In this document: positions 26,460-35,760 of the stretch, piece by piece
Layout of the letters: each line of letters opens with the position of its first letter
Numbering within the stretch: the stretch's first letter is position 1
Program-made: the position numbers and the translations under genes
The notes under the pieces: generated by a model
Seen by the model: only the letters and a program-made list of their open reading frames with translations
The model's database searches: none
Told to the model about the DNA's origin: nothing
Origin: a virus
Taxonomy: Duplodnaviria > Caudoviricetes
DNA: 52,376 nt
IMG/VR virus record: IMGVR_UViG_3300037486_000387
Location: 1-52,376 of that record
Reading direction: 5' to 3' (one strand)

Positions 26460-27897
26460 CAGTCTTATCCTGCATTCTAAAGTTCTCCAACCTAATAAAG
26501 GATGCTGGCACGTTAAGTAATTTCTGCATCATTGGAAGTACTTGAGGTGATTGAAAATTCTTTGGTGGTACATCCATAAGTGCTAAGGCCCGTAATCCAG
26601 TCATCCTTCGAATATGCTCTTTGCTTGCAGAGCTTTCACGAATTAAATCTTGTTCCCATTTTGTAAGGCTTTCTTCTGTATCTACTGGAAGATCCGAAGG
26701 CTCTGGCGGTAAAATACCTTCTTCAAAGCGAAGCGCATAGATGTGTTTGCAATAACGCATCTCATCAAGCAATGGGGACCAATAATCGGAATATGAAACG
26801 ATTTGATTATCTTTTGCTTTGTAGTCAACAAAGGTAGTAGGACCTTCCGCTCTTCGGGCGGCTGAAAAGTTACGTAAATATCTTCCACCAAAATCACTAA
26901 AGACTCCTGGGTTATCAATCGAATCTGAGGTTAAAGCTAGATCTCTATTGGTATTGGCATCTGTCATTGCACGGTTATCAATCGCACCTGAATTTGGATC
27001 TGTAATTAATTCGTGTCGCCCGTATTTAAGCAGAGATGGTTTGGTGTATGGAAAACGACGGCGTTCTTTGCCGTCAAGGTTCATCAAGAATGCATAACTC
27101 CGGCGGCTAAAATCTTGGCAGGAGCAAGCATAACGAGTTCCCACTGTTAAATAACGTCCTACATTTGGCTTTCTTGTGGAGGGCGTTAGGTAAACATTGT
27201 CGGGACTAGCCTCAAAAGAACTTGTCTTTTGTAGTTTTAAAATACCTTTCTCACCATCAACATCAATCAACAGTGCCTGAACATAACCATATTGTTTATC
27301 TGTAGTGGGATTTAATGTCTCATGGGTCACCGGAGCACTACCAGGTGTAATAATGCGATCTTCTAGTATTTCACCAAGTAAAGGTTTAAAAGGTGCTCCA
27401 GAGGGATTAGGAACATAAAGAGGAGGTGGAAGTGGATTGGTACTGCTCCATGTTCCTGATAGTTGTACGTACCAGTATTCATCGTCTTCAGTAACTGATT
27501 CGATACTTGCTAAAGTTCCCGTCGAGTCGGTCACGGTATCAAACCGAAGAATAGCCCCTACACGGCATCCGGCCCAGTGTACGCCGAATTCCCTGCCTGC
27601 CGTTGGAAAGCCTTGTACAACGCCAAGGATCAATGGCTGACGGCCTTCTGTTGGCGCGGTACCGTCTGGATACGGAACCTGGTACTCAAACGGATATGTT
27701 AACGCGTGTTGAATACCAACGCCAGCTGCAATTTCCCATCCGCGTCTCCACCTAGTCCAGGCAGATTCTCGATCCATCCTTAGGATAGAGTTTGGTACAG
27801 AACCTTTAGAAAATTCTGTTGTAATCGGTTTTATTCTTCCGATATTGGTGATTTCCTGGGCTCCAAAAGAACCAAAGTTACCTCCTTGCTTAGCCAC
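26416..27897 (-). CDS. hypothetical protein with split SWIM-type zinc finger
   Basis: YACSCQDF … RYCKHIYA. Confidence 0.7.
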   Translation of the reverse strand: MAKQGGNFGSFGAQEITNIGRIKPITTEFSKGSVPNSILRMDRESAWTRWRRGWEIAAGVGIQHALTYPFEYQVPYPDGTAPTEGRQPLILGVVQGFPTAGREFGVHWAGCRVGAILRFDTVTDSTGTLASIESVTEDDEYWYVQLSGTWSSTNPLPPPLYVPNPSGAPFKPLLGEILEDRIITPGSAPVTHETLNPTTDKQYGYVQALLIDVDGEKGILKLQKTSSFEASPDNVYLTPSTRKPNVGRYLTVGTRYACSCQDFSRRSYAFLMNLDGKERRRFPYTKPSLLKYGRHELITDPNSGAIDNRAMTDANTNRDLALTSDSIDNPGVFSDFGGRYLRNFSAARRAEGPTTFVDYKAKDNQIVSYSDYWSPLLDEMRYCKHIYALRFEEGILPPEPSDLPVDTEESLTKWEQDLIRESSASKEHIRRMTGLRALALMDVPPKNFQSPQVLPMMQKLLNVPASFIRLENFRMQDKTGAFYNPAAGQRPAT

Positions 27898-27900
27898 TAT

Positions 27901-28680
27901 TTAGAAGAATCCGCCTTGTGCAATTACTTGTACACCAGGAAGATAACCGGCAACATTGGGTCCATCAGGAAAAACACCGACGTAAATACGGTCGCCTCGC
28001 TCCAAATAAACCCCTTTGTTGCGTAAAGGAGATCCTGTACCCAATCCATTTGTATTACCTGCGGCAGGCATTGGGAATGCCAGTTGTGGCATTACGTCTG
28101 AGCAGTCAACTACACCACTGTTTGCGGGAATGGTTTTAGCAAATAAAACACGGTAATCGCCAGATGCCGGAATAGGTGTGGTCGTATTACGCGTTTGGTA
28201 GAACACAAAGGTTGCCGGTTGCTGGTAACCATATGAAATACCTTGGTAGTTAAATCCTGTTGCAGTACCACCTGAATAGTTAAATGTACCTAGCTTGCCG
28301 GTGATAGTAGTTGTACCTGTGTACGTGTAGTAGCCAATGCCACTAGCTGTACCAGTGTTCATAGCACCTGTGGTGGTAATGGATACAATCTGACCATTAA
28401 CCAAAGAAACAGCAGTACCAGAGCTGGTGGTATCTAAGGTGAAATCAGGACCACGGTAAAAGTCATTACGTACAATCGTAATGGAATCAACGATACCACC
28501 AGAGTTATTATCTTCATTCAAGGTTGCATCCATGTCAACCAAGATGGATGGTGCTTGTCCACCTTGTACAAACAAAGTGTTGACGGATGCACTCCCAACT
28601 GTTTGCGTCGTTACTCGAACCGTATCAAATAACGGACGGTCAATGAATACGGGTTGCTTATTCGATGAGGTCGAGCTCAA
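27901..28680 (-). CDS. putative structural protein
   Basis: 259-aa beta-rich, T/G-rich ORF with TTG start. Confidence 0.7.
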   Translation of the reverse strand: MSSTSSNKQPVFIDRPLFDTVRVTTQTVGSASVNTLFVQGGQAPSILVDMDATLNEDNNSGGIVDSITIVRNDFYRGPDFTLDTTSSGTAVSLVNGQIVSITTTGAMNTGTASGIGYYTYTGTTTITGKLGTFNYSGGTATGFNYQGISYGYQQPATFVFYQTRNTTTPIPASGDYRVLFAKTIPANSGVVDCSDVMPQLAFPMPAAGNTNGLGTGSPLRNKGVYLERGDRIYVGVFPDGPNVAGYLPGVQVIAQGGFF

Positions 28681-28744
28681 TGTTGACTAAACACCTTGTC
28701 TCTGGTAAATTGACAAGGGTCCCTGAAAAACTTCTTTTATTCTA

Positions 28745-29293
28745 ATGGTACAAACTAAATTTGTCTGTGAGTGCTGCCAAGAACAATTCGAACGTTTTGG
28801 AAGCGCGGGTGCTTCTTGTCGAAAACGTTTAAAGCAACGTGGTTACGTGTTTTGTTCTAAATCCTGTGGTAGCTACAAACACGGAGGATTTAAAAATAAA
28901 ACAAGTGAATACATGTCTTGGGGAGCAATGAAAGATCGTTGCAACAATCCTAATTCCACAGCGTATGCACGATACGGTGGGCGTGGCATCACACACGATC
29001 CTAGCTGGAGCAATTTTGAAACATTTCTAGAGGATATGGGTTTAAAAGAAAATTCAAAACTAGAACTAGAACGTATTAACAATGAAAAAGGTTACTGTAA
29101 AGAAAATTGCCGTTGGGCTACACATAAAGATCAAACACGCAACCGTGGTGGCAAGCGTGCAACAAGACTTTATACATTTGAAGGAAAAACTCTGTGTATT
29201 GCTGACTGGGCAGAGGAGGTTGGCATCTCACCTCAGTCGATGCAAAAACGATTAAACAAAAACTGGCCTTTGGAAAGGGCCTTTAACCGTTAG
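28745..29293 (+). CDS. HNH homing endonuclease, antisense within the structural region
   Basis: CECC…FCSKSC, SWGAMKDRC, YGGRGI, LERINNEKGYCKENCRWAT, C-terminal HTH. Confidence 0.85.
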   Translation: MVQTKFVCECCQEQFERFGSAGASCRKRLKQRGYVFCSKSCGSYKHGGFKNKTSEYMSWGAMKDRCNNPNSTAYARYGGRGITHDPSWSNFETFLEDMGLKENSKLELERINNEKGYCKENCRWATHKDQTRNRGGKRATRLYTFEGKTLCIADWAEEVGISPQSMQKRLNKNWPLERAFNR

Positions 29294-29546
29294 TCATTTG
29301 CATGAAGTCCAAAAATTTAGATGGTAATTTAACTTGGGAGGACATGGCAGCATCTGGGTTGTTTTGCCAATTTAAGAAGTCTTGAAAAGAAGCTCTCTTA
29401 ACAGAAGACCCTGGTCGAAAATTCCATTTTTTAGTGGCTTCATACAAAGTAGTAGCCAGGGGATTTGTTGCCGCTGTTTCGTAAGTAGACCGGCGAATCT
29501 CCCCTGGTAAGTAATTTGAATCTAAGTAGTTAGCAAAGCGTGCCAT
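29283..29546 (-). CDS. hypothetical protein
   Basis: 87-aa coupled ORF. Confidence 0.6.
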   Translation of the reverse strand: MARFANYLDSNYLPGEIRRSTYETAATNPLATTLYEATKKWNFRPGSSVKRASFQDFLNWQNNPDAAMSSQVKLPSKFLDFMQMTNG

Positions 29547-30241
29547 TAGGGGGCAGTTCCAAAGATACTAGGAATTAACTTCCGAATAACATCGAATGTA
29601 AACCCTTGCGCAAAGTCTTTAGCCACGTTTTTTTTTTCTTCCGTCTTAGGAGATCCTAGGCCCAGTTTCGAAAGGATTGAGTCAACAGGAGGTGGCGTAG
29701 ATACCGAAGATGGAAGAGGTAAAGTGTTTGGGGCAGGTGGCACAGCTGTAGTAGTAGGCACTGGAGCCGTGCCATAATATTTCTGTAACTCTGCCAGGGA
29801 CTTAACAGGTTGGCCGTAATAACTACGTCCCGTCTCTGTTGGGAATGAAGCCCACTCTGGCGACAGAGCAGCAGCCACACGTTGACTAAGACCTTCCTTG
29901 CGGATAGTTTCTAAACCACCTATCTTCAGCAAACGATTACGCGCTAAAGCTAAGGCGGCAACGTCTTGTTCTGCTGGACCAAACCCTTTCAAACCAAGGC
30001 GAGAAGATTGTTCTTGCCAAGTTCCAGGGAGAAACTGATAGGCGCCTGCTGCTGCACTTGAGTACCCATTACCATGAATTACACGATCTGGGTGGCGACT
30101 TAGGTCATTAAACGTACCGCCACCAAACATCGTTTGATAACCTTTAGGACCAGAAGTTCCTTCTGCAAATCGAATAGTTTTTAAAAGGCGTTGACCCTCA
30201 GGTGTTTCGCGAAACTTTTCTAAAAGAGTGCGTTCACTCAT
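29546..30241 (-). CDS. lambda-R-like lysozyme/lytic transglycosylase, probably virion-associated
   Basis: TIRFAEGT, SRHP, SAAAGAYQFLPGTW, QD and EWASFP motifs; Pro-rich linker. Confidence 0.85.
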   Translation of the reverse strand: MSERTLLEKFRETPEGQRLLKTIRFAEGTSGPKGYQTMFGGGTFNDLSRHPDRVIHGNGYSSAAAGAYQFLPGTWQEQSSRLGLKGFGPAEQDVAALALARNRLLKIGGLETIRKEGLSQRVAAALSPEWASFPTETGRSYYGQPVKSLAELQKYYGTAPVPTTTAVPPAPNTLPLPSSVSTPPPVDSILSKLGLGSPKTEEKKNVAKDFAQGFTFDVIRKLIPSIFGTAP

Positions 30242-31233
30242 TGGCGTTCTCTCAATTTCAATAGTTCTCTGTAAGCAAGAGCTGGGTTCTTCTCGGCCCA
30301 GATCTTCAGATTTTCTGGTGTCATCCCAGGCGCACCACCTAGTCCCTGGAGCTGACTCACCAAAGTTCCTTTCTGCATCATACTCCTACCCAGTTGCTGC
30401 TGGCCCTCATAGAAGGAAGGAAGAGGAACATTTGTAGGAGCATTGAACTGCTGAGCAGCGTTAAGTACTTCTTGAGGGAGTGCGCGGTTAACAACATTAG
30501 GTTTTTGTGCGGGAACACCGGCCCCATTGGAGATGACATTAGGAGTAATGTTGGATCCCACTTGTCCGGCTTGCCGCCCACTAAATAGGTTCTGTGGAGA
30601 ACCAGGGGCAGGAGTAGAAGGCGGGCTAGCGCCTCCTGAATACGTTCTCTGCCAACCTAAGTTATCACCTTGCCACGAAACTTCATTACCATTAAGTGTA
30701 GCTATTGTGCCAATAGGTCGTTGTTGAGTTTGTGCTTGATTAACTCGGAAGCCGGGTAGGTTTGCTTCTAGGGTTCCATCCCCTAATCCAACTCCTGTAC
30801 TGTGTCGATTTAAGAACATATCATACAACCCACCTCCAATTATTTTGGCAGGAATACCACCAGGAGTAAGCGATGCAACTGTTGCTGTATCACGCATTCG
30901 CTCAGGCAAAAGATAATCTACAGCAAGTGATGCACCATAACCGGCCAAGTTTAAAGGATTTAATGGATTAATAAATTTACCTGCTTTACCAAGTAGTGTG
31001 GTTGGTGTGCTTGTTCTAAGCGGATTCAATGCTGTTGAACCAAGGCCCTGCACCTTGCCGAAAAGTCCTCTGGCAGCATCGACACCACCTTGAGCTTGAC
31101 GTTGAAAATAACGCCCCTTGGCACCCAGGTAAGTCAAAGGATTGTCAAAGGGAAACGAAGTTGACGCTGGGTTGCGTGCAGGAAAGCCACTTGCTTTAGC
31201 TTGCCGTAAAAGCTGCAAAAAAAGTTTATTCAT
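30238..31233 (-). CDS. putative internal virion protein
   Basis: 331-aa G/P/Q-rich ORF. Confidence 0.7.
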   Translation of the reverse strand: MNKLFLQLLRQAKASGFPARNPASTSFPFDNPLTYLGAKGRYFQRQAQGGVDAARGLFGKVQGLGSTALNPLRTSTPTTLLGKAGKFINPLNPLNLAGYGASLAVDYLLPERMRDTATVASLTPGGIPAKIIGGGLYDMFLNRHSTGVGLGDGTLEANLPGFRVNQAQTQQRPIGTIATLNGNEVSWQGDNLGWQRTYSGGASPPSTPAPGSPQNLFSGRQAGQVGSNITPNVISNGAGVPAQKPNVVNRALPQEVLNAAQQFNAPTNVPLPSFYEGQQQLGRSMMQKGTLVSQLQGLGGAPGMTPENLKIWAEKNPALAYRELLKLRERQ

Positions 31234-31694
31234 TATCTACATACCATCCGTAAATAAAGACGTGAACCAACTGCAGTATCAGCTGGGCCGGGTAAAGCTT
31301 GAATGAATTCCGCACCAGAGCGTTCGTAACGATAACGAGCCTGGAAAGGATCTTTGTAGTTAGGGACGTAAAGAATACCAGCTAAACGATTGGTTTCGTA
31401 AAGATAGATCTCATCCCAAACTTTTAACGCTTCTTTGGCATTACTGGATCTAATAGTACGATCAACGTCACCAGCAATGCTTTCCAGGCGAGTCGAAGGT
31501 GAGGTCGCAACTTCAGTTTTCTTTTCAGCCGTATCACAACGACCAATCTGAATGACAATTTTATCGTAGAAATAAGAATCTGGAACAGTATTCATTGCTT
31601 CTTCGAGCCTGGCATAGTCACCAGCAGGCACAGAAACAGTGAAGTACCCCAGGTGGTACCTGACTCTACTCTTGTCGAAGTCAGATAGATTCAC
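31233..31694 (-). CDS. putative head completion/structural protein
   Basis: 153-aa ORF downstream of the capsid genes. Confidence 0.65.
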   Translation of the reverse strand: MNLSDFDKSRVRYHLGYFTVSVPAGDYARLEEAMNTVPDSYFYDKIVIQIGRCDTAEKKTEVATSPSTRLESIAGDVDRTIRSSNAKEALKVWDEIYLYETNRLAGILYVPNYKDPFQARYRYERSGAEFIQALPGPADTAVGSRLYLRMVCR

Positions 31695-31732
31695 TTCTTA
31701 TTGCTCCTATTCATTTATTATAAAGGAGAAAA

Positions 31733-32542
31733 TCAAAGCGGGTATCCGGAAAGGTAGTTAGACGTAGAAGCCGCTTGACCCATTAGGTATGGTTGTTGAT
31801 TAACAAAAGAAGAAAGGAAGGATTTTTTAGGTGCTAATGCATTAGATAAAGCTCCTGCAAGTAACTCGCCTTTCAAAGTTTCTGCTAAAGTTTTTTCTTT
31901 TTTAGGCTCTTGGTATTTTGTTCCATACATAAATGCTTCAAGAATGTCTTCAGTTCGTGTATTATTTGTTGCTGCTGATGGTGGTGTTGTACCAGGGGCA
32001 GGAGGTAGGGTAGGTGGTGCCAAATCTAGTACATCAATATCTCCAACTTCTGGTCGGTCCACATTGCCATGCCCGACTTTAGCAATAACACGTCCCTTTG
32101 GATCTAATGATTGAGAAAAATAACCATAGCCCCCACCAGAACCTCTTGTTACTCTGCCTCCAGGGACCCCTGGTAAATAAATAGAAGCATCTTCTACAGC
32201 ACCTTTGTCAAATCTAGTTTTACCTTTAAACGGTGTGTAGTAATCAAACGATTGCCAACCATCATGTACGCTATGCCCATGAGTGGCAGCAGCTTTTTCA
32301 AGTAAATCAACTTTATCCGCTAGATTTGCATTTAGGTTCCAACGCCTACCAGAGACTGCAGGATTAGAAAATTCAACTTCTCTTCCGATAGATTGATGTT
32401 GACGTGCAATTGCGTCCAGCATCTTTACCCTTTCTCCAATGGGTAAAGATTGCAGTAATTTAAGATCCTGGTGATACTCGGTTGAACCACCAATCTTATT
32501 ACTGGGTCCGGTAAAACCAGATCTAATAGGAACGTAACCCAT
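31733..32542 (-). CDS. M23-like metallopeptidase-fold protein (putative virion lysin)
   Basis: HDGWQSFD…GGRVTRGSGGGYGYFS…KVGHG; Pro-rich linker like the neighbouring lysozyme. Confidence 0.55.
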   Translation of the reverse strand: MGYVPIRSGFTGPSNKIGGSTEYHQDLKLLQSLPIGERVKMLDAIARQHQSIGREVEFSNPAVSGRRWNLNANLADKVDLLEKAAATHGHSVHDGWQSFDYYTPFKGKTRFDKGAVEDASIYLPGVPGGRVTRGSGGGYGYFSQSLDPKGRVIAKVGHGNVDRPEVGDIDVLDLAPPTLPPAPGTTPPSAATNNTRTEDILEAFMYGTKYQEPKKEKTLAETLKGELLAGALSNALAPKKSFLSSFVNQQPYLMGQAASTSNYLSGYPL

Positions 32543-32567
32543 TATCGTTTTATTTCCTATTTTAAAA

Positions 32568-32592
32568 CAAAAAACCCCCGGTTACCCAGGGG
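32568..32592 (-). terminator. Rho-independent terminator of the capsid gene run
   Basis: CCCCTGG-GTAA-CCGGGGG-TTTTTT on the minus strand. Confidence 0.8.
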
Positions 32593-32610
32593 AAGCAAAG
32601 GAGACGAGAA

Positions 32611-33021
32611 TCAGACTCGAATTAGATCGGCAGAAAAAACAGAATTCCAATCAACCCGTTTGATTTGTTTGAGCTGCTCCAGGTTATTGAACTTTTCACC
32701 CGATAAGGACATTTGAAGGTCTTTAATTTCTCGAGCAGTTTTAAGACCGATACCTTTGAGATGATCAGCGATCATTTGCGGGGTAGCGGAATTGATATTC
32801 AAACGTGTTTCTGGCGGGAACACACGGGGTTGCTCTTTGGCTGCTTTGTCCTTGACTTGTAAAGTCGTTACCTTTTTGGTAGCAACTTCATCAAGAATCA
32901 ATTCAGTTTTGTAAGCGGTAAAGATGCGACCGTCTTGGTCTTCAACCATCAACCAATCGCCGTTGTCAAATTCACTAACAACCTTAACGCGAGCACCGGT
33001 TTTTTTGTGTTGATAAAGCAT
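32611..33021 (-). CDS. helix-hairpin-helix (ComEA-like) DNA-binding protein
   Basis: LNINSAT…LKGIGLKTAREI…FNNLEQLKQIKRV. Confidence 0.8.
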   Translation of the reverse strand: MLYQHKKTGARVKVVSEFDNGDWLMVEDQDGRIFTAYKTELILDEVATKKVTTLQVKDKAAKEQPRVFPPETRLNINSATPQMIADHLKGIGLKTAREIKDLQMSLSGEKFNNLEQLKQIKRVDWNSVFSADLIRV

Positions 33022-33063
33022 TTAGGGACCAAGAAAGAATTCACTGGTCCCAGTTTAGCTTAA

Positions 33064-33876
33064 TCAGCTGACAGTGCGGTTATTAAGATATGCTTCGATA
33101 TCTTCGTAACCAGGGGCAACGTCGGGCTGGACATAGCACACTTCAACAACCAGGTAACCAACACGGCCAGCAGCGGCATCACCACTGGAGATATAGAAAC
33201 CACTGGCGGTAGAAGTCGCGTTCGCAGTTGCCTTAGAGAACACCCGAACGGTGGTAGAAGCAGCAACTGGATAATAAGCGGTACCAGGACCAGGGACCGT
33301 ACCAGCAGCACCAGTGGTGGTGATGAAAGGATCAGTGCTAAAAGCCTGGGTGCCACCAGCAAAGAAGATTTCATTAACCTGGAGACCCGAAACAGTAGAT
33401 GCCAGGTTCGCCTGGAACACACCTTCTGCAACACCAGAGGCAGCAGTGGGGCTACCAGCGTTACTGCGGCCCACAGAAATTACGACACCAGTGGCGTTAT
33501 AGACACCAGAAGCAACACGATCATCACCCCAGCCAGAAGCCACGGAGATGGCGGTGCGATACACATAGCCAGTGCTCGTGGAACTACCAGAGATCACCAT
33601 ACCGGTGATGTCGGTACGGGTATCATCCTGCCGATAAGGGGAAGGGATGATAATCGAAGCAGAAGCAACTGGGCCAGCACCAGAAGTATTGGTAACAGGT
33701 ACATAACCACGTTGCTGGAAATAACGGTAACCAGGAATGGCTAACACACAAGTGGGGCCGCCTTTACTGGCATCGTCGGTTCCATCGGCGGGGTTCGCGT
33801 CGATGTTTTTGTACCAACCATTTAAAGCATTTACCCAGTTACCAGGATAAATCTTTTTAGCAGACAAGTAAGTCAT
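33064..33876 (-). CDS. putative capsid decoration/minor capsid protein
   Basis: Directly downstream of the major capsid gene; beta-rich. Confidence 0.65.
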   Translation of the reverse strand: MTYLSAKKIYPGNWVNALNGWYKNIDANPADGTDDASKGGPTCVLAIPGYRYFQQRGYVPVTNTSGAGPVASASIIIPSPYRQDDTRTDITGMVISGSSTSTGYVYRTAISVASGWGDDRVASGVYNATGVVISVGRSNAGSPTAASGVAEGVFQANLASTVSGLQVNEIFFAGGTQAFSTDPFITTTGAAGTVPGPGTAYYPVAASTTVRVFSKATANATSTASGFYISSGDAAAGRVGYLVVEVCYVQPDVAPGYEDIEAYLNNRTVS

Positions 33877-33904
33877 TTATTTTTCCTAAAGTTATTGTTA
33901 ATTA

Positions 33905-35065
33905 TCAAATGATGCCGTCATCAGAGACAAAGCTGAATGCAGTGGTGACAAAATCTTTGTTCAAAATTTCAAAACCAGCGTACAGTTGCCAAATCAGGAT
34001 GATGAAACGACTGAAGTCATCATTGTTATTGATGAGAACTTGAGCATTGGGGCCACCAATACCCACACCAATTGCCTGAGGACCAAAGAAATAACCTTGA
34101 GAGATTTCTTGGCTGGCAAAAGAGCTAGCGTTAAAGCTGGCGCTAATAGTCCTGGTGGGGAAGTTGGTCGATTCGAAGAACTTCACACCTTCAAACTGAA
34201 CGCCAGTAGGCATCACAGGTTCGCCAGCAAGGAAATAACCTTGTCCAGCTTGAGGACCCATGTAGAAGCTGGCATTGTTAGGCATCATGGGGTTACCCAT
34301 GTACATGCCTTGGCCAGGATTACCAGCGTAACGAGCAATCTCACGGAAGTCAGGGTCACGACGCAGATGCATCATGAACGTGGGATCGCAAATACAACGA
34401 TACAGACCGTCCGAGTAGGTAGGAACGTTGCGCTTACGAAGGTCCTTGACGATATTCAGAAGGTCAGTACGTACTTGGAACTGTTGAAGATCAGCGGTAT
34501 ACTCCGTGGTGGTGTAAGAAATAGAACCGTTGGCAGCCTTCGTTTTGTTACCAGGGAAGTAATAACCACCTTGAGTAGTCGAAGCTTGACCATTAGCTTC
34601 TGCTTTGGAAAGTTCGTCAATGAAGACGCGGTCACGCCACCGACGATAGTCATCCAGCAGCGTGAGGCTACCGATGGACTGGTGGAACATGTTCAGGTTG
34701 CCACTGTCAAGCAGCATGCGCTGCGCGGTGATCAGAGTCTCACGAGCAATCTTGAAAGTCGAAGGCTGGGTCGGATCGCCGGGATCAGCGGGACCAGTGT
34801 ACTCCTTAAGCACCACAAGGACTTTCTCCTTGGTGATGTTACGGCTGTTAGCACTACCAATGGTCTGGTCAGCAATACGTTCGCGACTGTCTTTGGTACC
34901 AGGGGTTCCCCAGAACTTATAGCGGTCTAGCTGAACAGTTTGACCGGGTTGACGAGTGAAGTCATGGACAACCACGGGCTCCACTGCCATCTCGGCAATG
35001 TAGGCAGGGTGGGGACGATAAAGTTCCGCACCTAGGATCTTCGGAAAATCGCTATCAATAAACAC
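33905..35065 (-). CDS. major capsid protein
   Basis: 386 aa; position after portal and scaffold; GGAGG RBS with GTG start; HK97-like segments (PGQTVQL, G-x-FEGVKFFES, YFFGPQAIG). Confidence 0.8.
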   Translation of the reverse strand: MFIDSDFPKILGAELYRPHPAYIAEMAVEPVVVHDFTRQPGQTVQLDRYKFWGTPGTKDSRERIADQTIGSANSRNITKEKVLVVLKEYTGPADPGDPTQPSTFKIARETLITAQRMLLDSGNLNMFHQSIGSLTLLDDYRRWRDRVFIDELSKAEANGQASTTQGGYYFPGNKTKAANGSISYTTTEYTADLQQFQVRTDLLNIVKDLRKRNVPTYSDGLYRCICDPTFMMHLRRDPDFREIARYAGNPGQGMYMGNPMMPNNASFYMGPQAGQGYFLAGEPVMPTGVQFEGVKFFESTNFPTRTISASFNASSFASQEISQGYFFGPQAIGVGIGGPNAQVLINNNDDFSRFIILIWQLYAGFEILNKDFVTTAFSFVSDDGII

Positions 35066-35169
35066 TTTGGTTTATCCTCCAGAGTCTCAGGAATTTTTTT
35101 TATCGGGTGAAAGATTCAGACATCAATATGTCTTATCTATCACACATTTTAGCAGTCCGTAATTTTTGT

Positions 35170-35757
35170 TTATGCGTACCGTGGGGTATACGCTAAAGTT
35201 GTATCAAAATTAGTACCGCCATTACTAGAACCGTAAGCTTCTGGATCAATAGGCATGTTTTGCTGGAAACCAGGTACTCCCAACGCACCAAGCCCACCAC
35301 CTGCAGCGACACCGCCTAAACCAGCTAGGGCTCCAGCACCAGGGACTAAGCCAGCGGCAAGAGCACCACCTAGGTTCCTTTGAACATTCTGTGTTGGAAA
35401 AGGAAGGGACGCAGATATGCCCGCACGAGGATCACCGAAAAGACGAGTATCCATTGCGTCTACAGCATCAGCTGCAACATTAACTGCCCCACGACGTAAT
35501 CCCCTTGGAGGAAGATTACGCCCAGCATCGCCAACTTTGGTACCAAGATTGGATACTTGTTTTTGCATTGCTGAAATTAAAGCTGGATTATATTTGCCAG
35601 CGAGTTTTCCAGCTGACAATAAACCAGCAACACCACCGGCGCCGCCGGCTAATCCAGCCAACGCAGCAGATCCTGGATCTTCATCTTGAGAAAGAGCGTA
35701 CCCACCAGCGGCTAAGCCACCAGCAAGAGGTACGCCATATCTAATGGATGGACGCAT
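35170..35757 (-). CDS. Gly/Ala-rich hydrophobic putative virion protein
   Basis: 195 aa, between scaffold and capsid genes. Confidence 0.65.
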   Translation of the reverse strand: MRPSIRYGVPLAGGLAAGGYALSQDEDPGSAALAGLAGGAGGVAGLLSAGKLAGKYNPALISAMQKQVSNLGTKVGDAGRNLPPRGLRRGAVNVAADAVDAMDTRLFGDPRAGISASLPFPTQNVQRNLGGALAAGLVPGAGALAGLGGVAAGGGLGALGVPGFQQNMPIDPEAYGSSNGGTNFDTTLAYTPRYA

Positions 35758-35760
35758 GAC

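Noticed and set aside
33986-34930. 314-aa antisense ORF over the major capsid gene
   Set aside because: Typical shadow ORF caused by biased codon use in a highly expressed gene.
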